This document shows positions 12,523-24,690 of a stretch of 64,000 nt of DNA, in pieces (position 1 is the first letter of the stretch; the number at the start of each line of letters is the position of its first letter). The notes beneath the pieces were generated by a model. That model saw nothing but the letters and a program-made list of their open reading frames with translations, was not told where the DNA came from and did not search any database. The position numbers and the translations under genes were made by a program. Origin of the DNA: Pristiophorus japonicus (Eukaryota); assembly GCF_044704955.1 (NCBI RefSeq), contig NC_091982.1, positions 111,972,001 through 112,036,000 of the forward strand. The letters run 5' to 3'.

Positions 12523-14689
12523 AACTCCTGCAGCGATGTCCTGGGGCTTGGATGATTGACCTCCAACAACCACAACCATCTTCCTTTGTGCCAGGTATGT
12601 CTCCTGATTCTCATCAACTTCAATATTAATAGGGCTCCTTGATGCCACACTCGGTCAAATGCTGCCTTGATGTCAAGGGCAGTCACTCTCACCTAACCGC
12701 TGAATTCAGCTCTTTTATCCATCTTTGGACCAAGGCTGTAATGAGGTCTGGAGCTGAGTGGTCTTGGCAGAACCCAAACTTAGCATCGGTGAGCAGGTTG
12801 TTGGTGAGTAAGTGCCGCTTAATAGTACTATTGACGCCATCTTCCATCACATTGCTGATGATTGAGAGTAGACTGATGGGGCAGTAATTAGCCGGATTGG
12901 ATTTGTCCTGCTTTTTGTGGACAGGACATACCTGGGCAGTTTTTCACATTGTCGGGTATATACCAGTGTTGTAGCTGTACTGGTACAGCTTGGTTAGAGG
13001 CGCATAAGTCTTCAGCACAAGTCTTCAGCACAACAGTCGGGATGTTGTTGGGGCCCATAGCCTTTGCTATATCCAATGTGCTCAGCAGTTTCTTGATATC
13101 ATGTGGAGTGAATCGAATTGGCTGAAGACTAGCTTCTGTGATGGTGGGGACCTCAGGAGGAGGCCAATGTGGATCATCCACTCAGCACTTCTGGCTGAAG
13201 CTGGTTACAAATGCTTCAGCCTTGTCTTTTGCACTTGTATGCTGGGCTCTGCCATCATTGAGGATGGGAATATTCGTGGACCCTCCTCCTCCCGTTAGTT
13301 GTTTAATGGCCCGCCACCATTCACCTGGATGTGGCAGGACTGCAGAGCTGTGAAGTGATCCGTTGCTTGAGGGATCGCTTAGCTCTGTCTATAACGTTCT
13401 GCTTCCGCTGCTTAGCATGCACATAGTCCTGTGTTGCAGCTTCCCCAGTTTGGCACCTCATTTTTATATATGCCAGGTGTTGTTCCTGGCATGCTCTTCT
13501 GCACTCCTTATTCAACCAAGGTTGCTCCCCTGGCTTGATGGTAATGGTAGAGTGAGGGATATGCCGGGCCATGAGGTTACAGATTGTGGTGGAATACAAT
13601 TCTGCTGCTGCTGATGATCCACAGCACCTCACGGATGCCCAGTTTTGAGCTGCTAGATCTGTTCTGAATCAATCCCATTTGGCACGGTGGTAGAGCCACA
13701 CAACACGATGGCGGGTGCCCTCAGTGTGAAGACAGGACTTCGTCTCTACAGTGACTGTGCCATGGCCACTTCTGTCGATACTGTCATTGACAGATGCATC
13801 CGTGATGGGTAGATTGTTGAGGACAAGATCAAGTAGTTTTTTTCCCTCGTGTTGGTTCTCTCACCACGAGTCACAGACCCAGTCTGGCAGCTGTGTCCTT
13901 CAGGACTCAGCCAGTTTGGTCACATGGTGCTACAAATCCACTCTTGGTGATGAGCATTGAAGTCCCCCACCCAGAGTACATTCTGTGCCCTTGCTACCCT
14001 CAATGCTTCTTCCAAGTGGTGTTCAACATGGAGGAGGACTGATTCACCAGCTGTGGGTGGTAGGTGGTTTCCTTGCCCATGCTTGACCTGAAGCCATGAG
14101 ACTCCGTGGGATTCAGAGTCAATGTTGCGGACTCCCATGGCCACTCCCTCCTGACTGTATACCACTGTACTGGTACCTTGGGTGGGTCTGTCCAGTCGGT
14201 GGGACAAGACATACCCAGGGATGTTGCTGGAGGAGTCTGGGACATTTGCTGAAGGGTATCATTCTATTCATATGACTATGTCAGGCTGTTGCTTGACTAG
14301 GCTGTGTGACAGCTCTCCCAATTTTGCACAAGTCCCCAGATGTTAGTGGGGAGGACTTTGCAGAGTCGACTGGGCTGTGTGTGTCATGTCTGAAGGTTGA
14401 TGTCAGGTGGTCCGTCCGGTTTTATTCTTATTATTGTTTTCAGTAGCAGTTTGTTACAACTGAATGACTTGCTAGGCCATTTCAGAGGGCAGTTGAGAAT
14501 CAACCACGTTGCTGTGGGTCTGAAGTCACAGGTAAGCCAGACCAGGGAAGGACGACAGATTTCCTTCCCTAAAGGACATTAGCGAACCAGATGGGTATTT
14601 ACGACAATCCGATAGTTTCATGGTCACTATTATGATACCAGCTTTTTCTTCCAGATTTATTTAATTAACTGAATTTTAATTCCCCAGAT

Positions 14690-14780
14690 TCTGTGGTGGG
14701 ATTTGAACTCACGTCTCTGTATCATTAGTCCAGACCGCTGGATTACTTACTAGTCCAGTAACATAACCACTATGTTACCA
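14690..14780 (-). promoter_or_regulatory. tRNA-derived internal Pol III promoter at the 5' end of family B LINE
   Basis: Minus strand: A-box-like TAACATAGTGG; anticodon-arm-like CTGGA-CTAGTAA(GTAA)-TCCAG; B box GAGTTCAAATCC. Confidence 0.75.
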
Positions 14781-14802
14781 TTGCTGCATTTGTTTAAATA
14801 TT

Positions 14803-15504
14803 AGGCTCAATTTTGGCCAGGAGTTGCTCCATTTTTTTTGGAGTAACTTGATTTTTCTGGTGTATCTTAAAAATCCTCATTTTGCACATTCAATTTGCAT
14901 CAGTGTAAGTGAGTTAGTTACGACTTTTTTAGATTCATTTTTTTTCTCAATAGTTACTCCAAATCTACTTAGGCCAGCATATGTGGCCACTTCAGAAAAC
15001 CCTTGTGGAGAGTTAAGAAATCAGCGCAGGTAGATACATCGGAGGCCACTCGGCCTGGGATAGGTGTGAGATGACAACGCACCGGGAGACCACTCGGCCA
15101 GGGCTAGGGGCGGCAGCGATTGAACTGCTGACATCGGAGCACACACAGCGGCTGCAGGAAGCAAAATCACCGGAAAGGCTGCAACAGGCTGCAGCAAGCA
15201 AACGGCAAAACACAAGCAGCTACGTATCCCTTTAAAAATGGGCAATTGCCAAATTTCGGCGCCACTGCGCATGCACGGACATCGCGACCTGACTCCAATG
15301 CGCACATGCAGACGTCCTGGCACTGTTTTCAGTGCAGGACGCTGGCTCCGCCCCCGACTCAACTGGCCACACTGCGCAATGACTGGGGAGAGGCCAGACA
15401 GCGGCCAAAGTGGGGAGGAAATTTTTCGGCGCACTTCTGAACCGAGAAAATTGGCGCATCTCCGGTAAGTGCGCCAAAAAAGGGGGTGGGACAAAATTGA
15501 GCAC
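14803..15504. mobile_element. Harbinger-type MITE
   Basis: TIRs AGGCTCAATTTT / AAAATTGAGCAC; first ~150 nt homologous to 30550-30690; 3-bp flanks ATT/AAT. Confidence 0.7.
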
Positions 15505-15714
15505 AATGTAGTTACAGCAAAATAATTGCTCTGATGGACGTCTAACAGCTGCTAGTCTATTACAGCTATCAGTGTTACGTTAAAATATCAACATTTTCAA
15601 ATGGAACCATTTTTCTGTGGATAATAAAACTAATGTTCCTAGCAAGACCTCTGTTACTTTCTTGTGGAGATGGTACAAGGAGGGAGAGTCAGTCTGTGGG
15701 ATAATTTAGGGCAC

Positions 15715-16170
15715 AGCACTCAAGAAGCTTGGCTCCATCCAGGACAAAGCAGCCCGCTTGATCGTCAGCCCATCCACCACCTTCAACATTCACTCCCTCC
15801 ATTAACACAGCACAGTGGCTACAGTGTGTACTGCCCACAGGATGCACTGCAGCAACTTGCCAAGACTTCTTCGGCAGCATCTCCCAAACCTGCGACCTCT
15901 ATCACCTAAAAGACAAGGGCAGCAGGTGCATAGGAACACCATCCCCTCCAAGTTCCCCTTCAAATCACACACCATCCTGACTTGGAAATATATCGGCCGT
16001 TCCTTCATCGTCGCTGGGTCAAAATCCTGGAACTGCCTCCCTAACAGCACTGTGGGAATACCTTCACCACAGGGACTGCAATGGCTCACCACCATCTTCT
16101 CGAGGGCAATTGGGATGAGTAATAAATGCCTGTCTTGCTAGCGACGTCCATATCCCAAGACTGAATAAAA
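15715..16170 (+). mobile_element. Family B LINE 3' fragment
   Basis: HCSNLPRLLRQHLPNLRPL; ends GGCAATTGGGATGAGTAATAAATGCC. Confidence 0.85.
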
Positions 16171-16214
16171 GAATGGAGAGAGGTATGTGAGTGTGGCAGG
16201 GAGTGAGTATCAGA

Positions 16215-16560
16215 TACATTTAACACTGAGCCACAGAAGAAATTAAGGCAGATGATCAAAAGCTTGTTTAAGGAGATGGGTTTTAACAAGCATCTTAAAG
16301 GACAGAGAGGTAGGGAGACGTAAAGGTTTAGAGAGGGAGTTCCAGAGTTTAGGGCCCAGGCAGCTGAAGGCACGGCCACCAATGGTTGAGCAGTCATAAT
16401 GAGGGATGTTTAAAAGGCCAGAATTTGAGGAGGGCAGACATCTTGTGGGATTGTGAGGCTGAAAAAGATTACAGAGATAGGGAGGGGCAAGGCCATGGAG
16501 TGATTTGTAAACAAGGATGAGAATTTTGAAATCAAGGCATTGTTTAACTGGGAGGCAATG
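16215..16560 (-). mobile_element. L2-like LINE 3' fragment
   Basis: Homologous to 24691-25615, 41855-42740 and 49565-49880. Confidence 0.65.
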
Positions 16561-16959
16561 TTGGTCAGAAAGTGCACAGTACTTCTGCCTGAACAGTGAG
16601 CGAGCTGCTCACAAAGTATCAAAACTAAAAGGCAAATCATCGGGAAAAGTGGGAGTAAGGCCTCTTTGGATTCTTGTATGTGGTGAAGTCACTGCTGTCT
16701 ACAGTGTGAAAAAAGCAGTTTTGTTCACATTTACCATCTCCCTCTGGGAGCTGAGATCGCTGACACCATCAGATCAAGTTGGATGTAATATTATTATACT
16801 TGCCAAATATAAATAATCTTGTTTATTTATGTAAGATAAGCATCTCAGTTAATCTTGAAAATCTGTTTCCAATAATTTCTGAGCCAAGGGTGGATCTTTG
16901 TAGATCTGGGGGAAAGAATTGGATCTAACAGAAGCCAAAGTAAGTCACCCGTGGACACT

Positions 16960-17697
16960 TTTTGGGGCCTGGTGCATGCTGCCATTCTTTAACATGACAT
17001 GGTGGTGACCTTAAGCACAGGCCTGCTCCCTGGCACAGCCTTACCACTGGCAATGGGGGAACTAACAGGAGGGTAACTGTAGGCCTGAGCGGTCTGTAGC
17101 TGTCAGTCCGTCTGCCAGCCTCAGGATCTCTTGGCTGTCGCGAGGCTCCAAGGCCTGGAGGCCTGATGAGAGCTCAACAAGATCCTCCCCACCTTTTGGG
17201 TGCTCTGTGGCATACTGCCAGACCCTTCCCTTCCCCTCACATCCTCCATACCTTTCTTGTGCCACCCCTGTATCTAAGCCCCCCAGCCTCGCCCCAACCC
17301 TCTTGGTTGCAATTTGAGGACGTTGAGGTGGGAGACGAGGAACACTCCCTCATTAGCATCTGAACGCCAGGTACACACACAGCTTCGCCTCTTGGAGAGG
17401 CCTTGGAAATCCCAGGGCAACGTAAAGGGGGCAGAGATGGAAATCTGGGGCAATGTAAAGGGGCAGAGATGGAAATCTGGGGCAATGTAAAGGGGCAGAG
17501 ATGGAAATCTGGGGCAATGTAAAGGGGGCAGAGATGGAAATCTGGGGCAATGTAAAGGGGCAGAGCATCAGTTTTGATACTTTGTGAGCAGCTCACTCAA
17601 TTTCCAGACGGGTATTGTACGGATTGCCATCACCTTTTTTCTTTGTGCCTGTTTATTAGGCTTTGCCGGAGGGCAGCGGTCAAGAAAATCGGCCCCC
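16960..17697 (+). mobile_element. Highly degenerate Harbinger remnant
   Basis: GC-rich sequence resembling the transposase C-terminus at ~17170-17350; TIR-like end AAAATCGGCCCC followed by TTA. Confidence 0.4.
17415..17565 (+). repeat. Minisatellite, ~4.7 copies of a 32-33 bp unit
   Basis: Unit GGGGCAATGTAAAGGGG(G)CAGAGATGGAAATCT, near-identical copies. Confidence 0.95.
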
Positions 17698-18614
17698 TTA
17701 AGATAGAATGCCTGCAGTTGGGCACTGACCCTTAATTCAATTTGTTTTAGAAGTGGCGTGAGCACACGGGGTTAATGAAACATCTGACTCCAGAGTTTCG
17801 GTGCTACGAATCCAAGTCTGCGGCAGTGTTCATGAGCAACAGGTGAAGAAACTGAAACCAGAAACTAATGGAATTGCACAGCCGGTCTCTGCATCCGCAA
17901 AGGCAGGTCATCATTTCAGCTGGAGTGCAGCACCTCGACCAGGAACATCTGAGCTTTTAGTCCTCATGGGCCACTTTGGTGCATACAAGGAAACCTTGCC
18001 GACCACATGTAAAGGTGAAACGACGCACCCATTAATTAATGTAGATCTCAGTTTGCGGACAATAAGAGACCTTGATGTTTTGGTTTGGGATTTTCCTAAA
18101 GTGAGGCAGTGTGTTCTTTCCATTCCTCCAGTTGCATGAAATTCAGCCAAGATAAAGCAATGAGTAGGCTATTTAACCACAAGTAGGTCTGTTGATGGGC
18201 TGCATTGCCATGGTCATAGTTTGGACATTCTTGTCACCAGGGAACATGGACAACCCTCTCTTCCACGTTCCCGCACACCGGCCTCCCAGGTCACCAGTGC
18301 TCTGTTTAATTCATCAAAAATACTTGAGATTTTAGAAGCACCTTTTGACACACATGGTGGCCATTTTGTAAATTAAGCCATGAAAATTCTCCAGTTGCAA
18401 ATTTCCTTGCACCTACCTGAGACCTGGACCAGTTTTAAGTGCTAAATAGGAATTAGGCACATGGACTTCACACTCAAATAGCACTCACCTTTTTCTTTAA
18501 AAATAACCTGACTGCTCCTGCCCTGCCCCAGTAGCGTGGTCCTCTGTACAGCAATTTCCCCCCAACATAACCTGAGGTGGAATGGCTAAAGAAATCTCAA
18601 AAACAAAACATGAA

Positions 18615-19720
18615 GGGCTGGGTTTTGGGCTTTTTGGATTTCAGGGTGTTAATCGTGGCAGGACGTTAAAGTTAGCGCCTGAAAATAGTCTGCGCTTCCA
18701 ACTACAAGTTTCAGTGAAAATGTAAGTTGGAGGAGCGTTGGCGTTAAGTCGGGCATTACACAACGGACTTTGTGCGCCTGAGCCGAAACTTGCAGTGGTA
18801 AAGAAGTTTCATTGTTGTTTAGTGCCCTGCAACATAACGTTGTATATTGAATGGTTTTATTTTGATTGGGGGTGTTTTTGTGACTTTGTTGCAGTAAATT
18901 TGTGAATTATCATTTGCCATTGGTGTCTTGTGCATCGTTCCAATGTTCACTGGAGATGTGCCTTTATGTCGGCACATAGCGTGTCCAGTATTAGCTCCAT
19001 CCCTCAGTTTCCTTCATTTAGGAGAGCCGGTCCATTACAAGCCGGCGACGTGCAAGTGTTGGTCTGGCAATATCTCCACGCTGCCTCCCCCGTGGATGGG
19101 TGGCTATCCATTGGGGGCCTCACCAGGCTCCTCTTCATCATCCTCCTGCTCCTGAGGTGGGCCTGCAATCCCCACTGGCAATGTCTGGCCCCTCATCATG
19201 ACCAAGCTGTGCAGCATGCAGCACACCATAATGAATTCAGAAACCAGGTGAGGAGAGTATTGAAGGCTGCCTTCAGAGCGATGCAGGCATGGGTCTGCCT
19301 GTCGGAGATGGCATATATCTGTCACACTTCCTTTCAGAAGCACAGCATTCTCACACACTGCTCCTCAAAGAGCTGGAGGTCTAAGCATTGGTGCCTATAA
19401 ACCCATGGTGAGGTAAGCCCTCCTCCCCGGATGTCTTCAGCCTCTCATCATCCGTGGGCTGACATGGCCAAGGGTCCTTCCTCTAACTTGACACTGCCTG
19501 ACAATAGCATGGAGCATGATACACTGGCGAACTAGTGATGCCTCCATTAAATTCTCTCACTGAAGTTGTAAGGGCACTGTAATGGCAGATAAAAGTGAAG
19601 TTTGCAAGTTGGAGCTTCACACAGTATTGTGTGCGCAACCGTTGTAGTCAATATGACCTGCGATGTAGGATCCTCATCCCTCTATTTAACAGAGGCGCAA
19701 GTGAGCTGAAAATCCAGCCC
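18615..19720 (-). mobile_element. Internally deleted Harbinger element carrying the transposase C-terminus
   Basis: TIRs GGGCTGGGTTTTGGGC / GCTGAAAATCCAGCCC; peptide PCLHRSEGSLQYSPHLVSEFIMVCCMLH plus acidic tail (19104-19358). Confidence 0.75.
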
Positions 19721-20269
19721 AAAGGTTTGAGAAAACAAATGCTATCCACGCTGAAACATATGAGAGTGTTTAACAACTTTTCAATTAAGATGTCTTTTAA
19801 TTTTGAGCTATGTCCAGTGCCGCAGCCAAACTTGGTGAGTGAGAACTCTTGTGATAGCCAAATCATTTCTTCTCGAGCTAGTGGTTTGTAAAACTGCCCT
19901 GCTGTAAATTGAGGCATTCTGTAAGCAGGCCAAAACACACAAAACAAAATCATTCAATTAATCCATCCAGTCCAATAGTAAATGGGTAACTGAGACCCAG
20001 CCTCTGCCTGAGCTCATGCAGGGAATGTTGAATCAGATACTTTGCTCCACACTCCAATCTCCATCACTACTACACCACTAGGCAGCTTGGAGCCAAACTA
20101 ATTATACACACAATATGTTGTCTCTCACTTCACAGCCCTCCTCAGCCATCAATCAGGTCCCTAGAAGGTATTTTTCCCTTTCTTTCCTCCTCCCAGAGGA
20201 GTGTCTCTGTTCTTCCCTTACATTACCCCTCACAAAAGCATCATTTTCTCTTCTCTCCGGTACTGAAGT

Positions 20270-20972
20270 CATCATCATCATAGGCAGTCCCTCGGAATCG
20301 AGGAAGAATTGCTTCAACTCTTAAAATGAGTTCTTAGGTGGCTGAACAGTCCAATACAAGAACCACAGTCTCTGTCACAGGTGGGACAGATAGTCGTTGA
20401 GGGAAGGGGAAGGTGGGACTGGTTTTTTCGCACGCTCTTTCCACTGCCTGCGCTTGATTTCTGCATGCTCTCGGCGTTGAGACTCGAGGTACTCGGCACC
20501 CTCCTGGATGCACTTCCTCCACTTAGGATGGTCTTTGGCCAGGGACTCCCAGGTATCAGTGGGGATGTTGCATTTTATCAGGGAAGCTTTGAGGGTGTCC
20601 TTGTAACGTTTCCGCTGACCCCCTTTGGCTCGTTTGCCGTGAAGGAGTTCCGAGTAGAGCGCTTGCTTTGGGAGTCTCGTTTCTGGCATGTGAACTATGT
20701 GGCCTGCTCAGCAGAGCTGATCAAGTGTGGTCAGTGCTTCAATGCTGGGGATGTTGGCCTGGTCGAGGACACTAATGTTGGTGCATCTGTCCTCCCAGGG
20801 AATTTGTAGGATCTTGCGGAGACATCGTTGGTGGTATTTCTCCAGCGACTTAAGGTGTCTACTGTACATGGTCCATGTCTCTGAGCCAGATAGGAGGGCA
20901 GGTATTACTACAGCCCTGTAGACCATGAGCTTGGTAGCAGTTTTGAGGGCCTGGTCTTCAAACACTCTTTTC
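20270..20972 (-). mobile_element. RTE LINE 3' fragment
   Basis: YRAVVIPALLSGSETWT, RLPKQALYSELLHGKR; (GAT)n tail; TSD-like TACTGAAGT on both sides. Confidence 0.9.
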
Positions 20973-21574
20973 CCTCTTCTCTACTGAAGTAAATGGACGA
21001 AAGCGGAAGTTTGTTCAACAGAGATAGACTGGGACATACTACTGAGGTTGGGGTTGAATCGCATTGGGGCAGATTAAACGGAATTCTGCTCTACATCTAA
21101 CCTGACCCAGGGGTGCTTGATATTGGGAACATCATTTGGAATGTGTTCCATTTCCCAACACTAACAACCTGCACAATAATCACAAGAAAGTGTTTTCAGA
21201 TAGGTTCTTTTAATGGTTCTTTTCGAGATACAAGTAGAACTGCTTTATAGTTTCACATGCATCAAGCTATCAGTCCATTCCTTGAATACTGCGATTTAGT
21301 GAATCAAAGGGCTTTTTGATGACTAGGAATTTAGTCCATTTACATTCCCAATATCAATACCATAACAGTTCAGATTTGTACAATTCAAAATAAGGTGTTG
21401 TTCAAGCTAGGTTCCAACATCCTTGAGGCTGATTGGTTTATCATGAATTTCTCAGAAATAATTGCAACTTCTGAGTCCATCCATGAATTGTACTTGTTTT
21501 CTTTTTTTAGACAACTTTATTGCTAGTGGTGCACAAAGCATGTGTCAGCTCTGGCTTTTACCTCTGAAATACGC

Positions 21575-22670
21575 AAGAACCCAGTGAACCGAAGAATGGA
21601 AAGTTGGTTGATAGACAAGAACGAAAGAGTTAATATTAATGGGTGTTGCTTGAATTGGAGACGGGTCGGCAATGGTTCACCCTCGGGCTCAGTGCTGGGT
21701 CCATTTTCGTTAGCAATTTAAATACAGGGAGATTTGGACATGGACGTGGAGAGCACAATATTGAAATTTGCCAAGTGCACAAAGGTTGGGGTATCCACAC
21801 ACAATACGGTGGATGGCCAAAGACTTAAGGAGGACACTGACAATTGAGGGGAATGGATATATCGCTGACAAAAGCAGTTTAATACAGAGAATACATGTTG
21901 AGAGCACAAGCACTGGGACTGTAAACTCGATGGAGAGAAGCTGTAGGCTGTAGAGGAACAGAGGCACCTAGAGGCACAAAGACAGAATTATGCATGAAAA
22001 TATACACATCATTGTTCTCCAAACAGCAGAGAAGGTTAAGGGGAGATTTAATAGAGGTGTTTAAAATTATGAAGAGTTTTGATGAGTAGCTAACTGTTCT
22101 GATGACAGGAGGGTGATGTAACCAGAGGATACAGATTACAAATAATTGGCAAAAGAACCAGATGGGAGATGAGGAGATTTTTTTATGCAGTGAGTTGTAA
22201 TGATCTGGAATGCACTGCCTGCAAGGGTGAAGGAAGTAGCTTAAAGCAATAGAGTGTGTATAGTGTAGATTGACCAGAATGATACTGGGGATGAGGAGAA
22301 ACTCGAGATACTGGGATTATTTCCACTAGAATAGAGGAGGCTAAGAGAAGATTGAAGAGGTTTTTATGATTATGGACGTTTCATTAGGGTGAATAGGGAA
22401 AGACTATTTCTTCTGGTTGGGGAGTCAGTGGTGACGGGGTGATCAATTTTAAATTGTCACTAAGAGAGTGAGGAGAAGGGTTAGGAGACATTTATTTACA
22501 CAGAGGATCTGTTGGTGCATGCAATACTTTGGCACAAGGAGTGATTTAGGCAGAGACCATTGCTGCTCTAAAGGGAGGAGCAGATCAACGTTTGAAGTAA
22601 AGGAAGATACAGGACTATGGATTGAGAGGAGGGCAGTAGGATTGGTTTGGGATTGCTCGAACAAAGACTA
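21575..22670 (+). mobile_element. Old, highly diverged CR1 fragments
   Basis: Degraded GSVLGP and RGDLIEVFKIM-type segments, plus 3'-region similarity. Confidence 0.55.
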
Positions 22671-23945
22671 GGTCTCCCTTAGTGCTGATAACTTTGGATT
22701 CTAAGTAATGATTGTGCAAATAAAAGCAACATAAAGACCAAAGTGAAAGTGCAATGAGAATAACTGGCCAGCAGAGGACAGAAGAGAGCTCTTTTTTTTC
22801 GAATACAAAGGAATACTCCAAAGCTGGAAAATGAGTGAGAATTTGAGCAAAGTCAGGCATGGAAATAAAACACAGCGATTTCAGAAACAGTAAGGGGTTG
22901 GAAGCATAGACCCTGGACCATTAATGCTACTGAACAGATGACCTGCATATCTCCAAGGCTACTCTGAAAACCAGATATACAGATACTCACAAATCTCCCA
23001 GGGAGATTGCACACTGATAAGACGGTTTGCCTTGTTACATTTTCAGTTCTGACAAAGGGTCTTTATCTGGAACGCTAATTCCCACATCCTTGCCAAGCTA
23101 CACTCACACCCTGAACCCCAGTGAATTGATTTCAAGAGCTTTCTGGAGGTTTAATCACAAAGGTTGGGCCTCCTGTAGTTGAATATCCTTGCTTGTGGTT
23201 TCGTGCCAGCAGCTGTTGTCCGAGAAGTTCAGAAGGCAGAGAAGGGAAACCGAAGGTAGGGAAGCAATATTCAAAGGGGAAACCAGAGATGGGATGAACT
23301 TTTGATTCCACCAGTAACTAATAGTAACTCACTGAAGTTGCACTGTTAACTAATAGTAATATTGGTGACACTCAGACTTTCCTCATAAGCAACAGTAGTA
23401 CAAGTCACTGATAGTCTAGGTAGCAAAATGTGTAACATCCCGATATCCTACCTGTAACTGGGAATAATCTAAAATCCTGCTGATATCTACCCTGAAACCG
23501 TAGCCCCAATCTCCCTGCACCGCACATGGTGGGGATCAGACTCCCCGGTCGATGACACTTCTAATAAGCCCGATCTCTCTCCTCGGCTCCTTTGACTTGA
23601 GTTTGTGTGAAAGTGACAACTCTAATCTGAGAAGCTCAGTCAAAGCTGATCTGTACTTGGACCACACATCAAAACCAGGCGGCACAGACCGACCCGAACC
23701 AAACCAAGAGACTGGCCGAAGGTCAGCGGGTTCAGTGTTTGGGGCACTTCCCACAGGACACATTGTCCCAGACACAGCTCAGCACCAAAACTTCCAAACC
23801 ATCTCGACCACACACCTAATGCTGGCTTTCTGCTTCCCTGCCCAATCTCTGACTTAATGCTGACACTCTCCACAGTTAAAACTGGCATCCTCCTTCACCA
23901 GAACCTCCCACTCCAATCTTGCAAGAATTCCTACTCACAGTCTGC

Positions 23946-24622
23946 TTTTTAGAACACATTCTCAGAATGTGGGCTTCCCTGGCAAGGCCGGCATTTATTG
24001 CCCATCCTTAGTTGCTCTTAACTGCTCTTACTAGGCATCTTCAAAGGGCAGTTAAAAGTCAACCACGTTGGTGTGAGACTGGAGTCACATATAGGCCAGA
24101 CTGGTTAAGGACGGCAGGTTTACTTCCCTAAAGGGCATTAATGAACTAGTTGAGTTTTAATGACAATCCGGTAGTTTCATGGTCACTTTTACTGATACCA
24201 GCTTTTTATTTCCAATTTCTTTTACAACTGGCTTCAAATTCTCAAACTGACATGTTGTGATTTGAACTCCCTTTCTCTGGATTATTAGTCCGGTAATGTA
24301 GCCTTTAGCTGGACTGGTTCTTGACTGGGGCAAAGATGGCATCTTACAGAAGGTAAATGGATTAGCAGATAACACATGATCCACGGGATCTTTTCGACAC
24401 ATCTCGATTGCCTGAGGGGATCGGAGAGGAATTTCCCACAGTTTTTTTCTCCCTTGTTGGCCCTGGGTTTTGCCTCTCCCAGGAGATTATACGCCTGTGA
24501 TGTGAGGTAGGAAGTGTCGAGTCACGATGCTCTGGCCATCATGAGTGTGGGGCAGGCTTGATGGATCAGCTGGTCTTTTTATGCCTGTCATTTTCATATG
24601 CTCGTATAACCATTGCACTATT
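23946..24622 (-). mobile_element. tRNA-derived SINE = family B LINE 5' ~320 nt + family B 3' tail (head interrupted by a CR1 3' piece)
   Basis: 24020-24300 aligns by eye with 14460-14760; 23946-24019 aligns with 8957-9022; B box GAGTTCAAATC on the minus strand at ~24259-24269. Confidence 0.85.
24303..24604 (+). mobile_element. CR1 3'-UTR fragment inserted in the SINE head
   Basis: CGATTGCCTGAGGGGATCGGAGAGGAATTT...GGGTTTTGCCTCTCCCAGGAGAT is a reverse-complement match to ~50210-50325; CR1-like terminal hairpin. Confidence 0.65.
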
Positions 24623-24690
24623 GCATGCTGCAATGTTTGGTCGCCTGCAGCTGCGACAGCAGGAGGTGGAGGGCTGAGAACAGCACTGAA

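Larger units (their letters stand above)
8957..14780 (-). mobile_element. tRNA-headed single-ORF non-LTR retrotransposon ('family B', CR1/L2-group-like APE + RT), ~3.2 kb net, decayed, interrupted by three CR1 pieces
   Basis: Sense order: tRNA-like head (14780-14690); ~300-nt leader; APE N-terminus KVLPTNIWGL..KLGELSHSLVKQQPDIVI (~14360-14270); WVGDFNAHHQEW; KAMGPNNIP; degenerate RT motif FTDE (~10175); ESPTINILGITIDQK..RAGQRLG; 3' end GGGATGGGCAATAAATGCTGGCCTTGCCAG plus A-rich tail. Confidence 0.85.

Noticed and set aside
14690-14780. Functional tRNA gene
   Set aside because: Extra sequence between the arms, no clean acceptor stem and no T-run terminator; it is a retroelement head.
17415-17565. 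CRISPR-like array
   Set aside because: Head-to-tail tandem repeats with no unique spacers, in eukaryotic DNA with no cas genes.
23536-23888. Overlapping ORFs in unique sequence as a host exon
   Set aside because: No recognisable domain or convincing splice pair; cannot be supported without a search.
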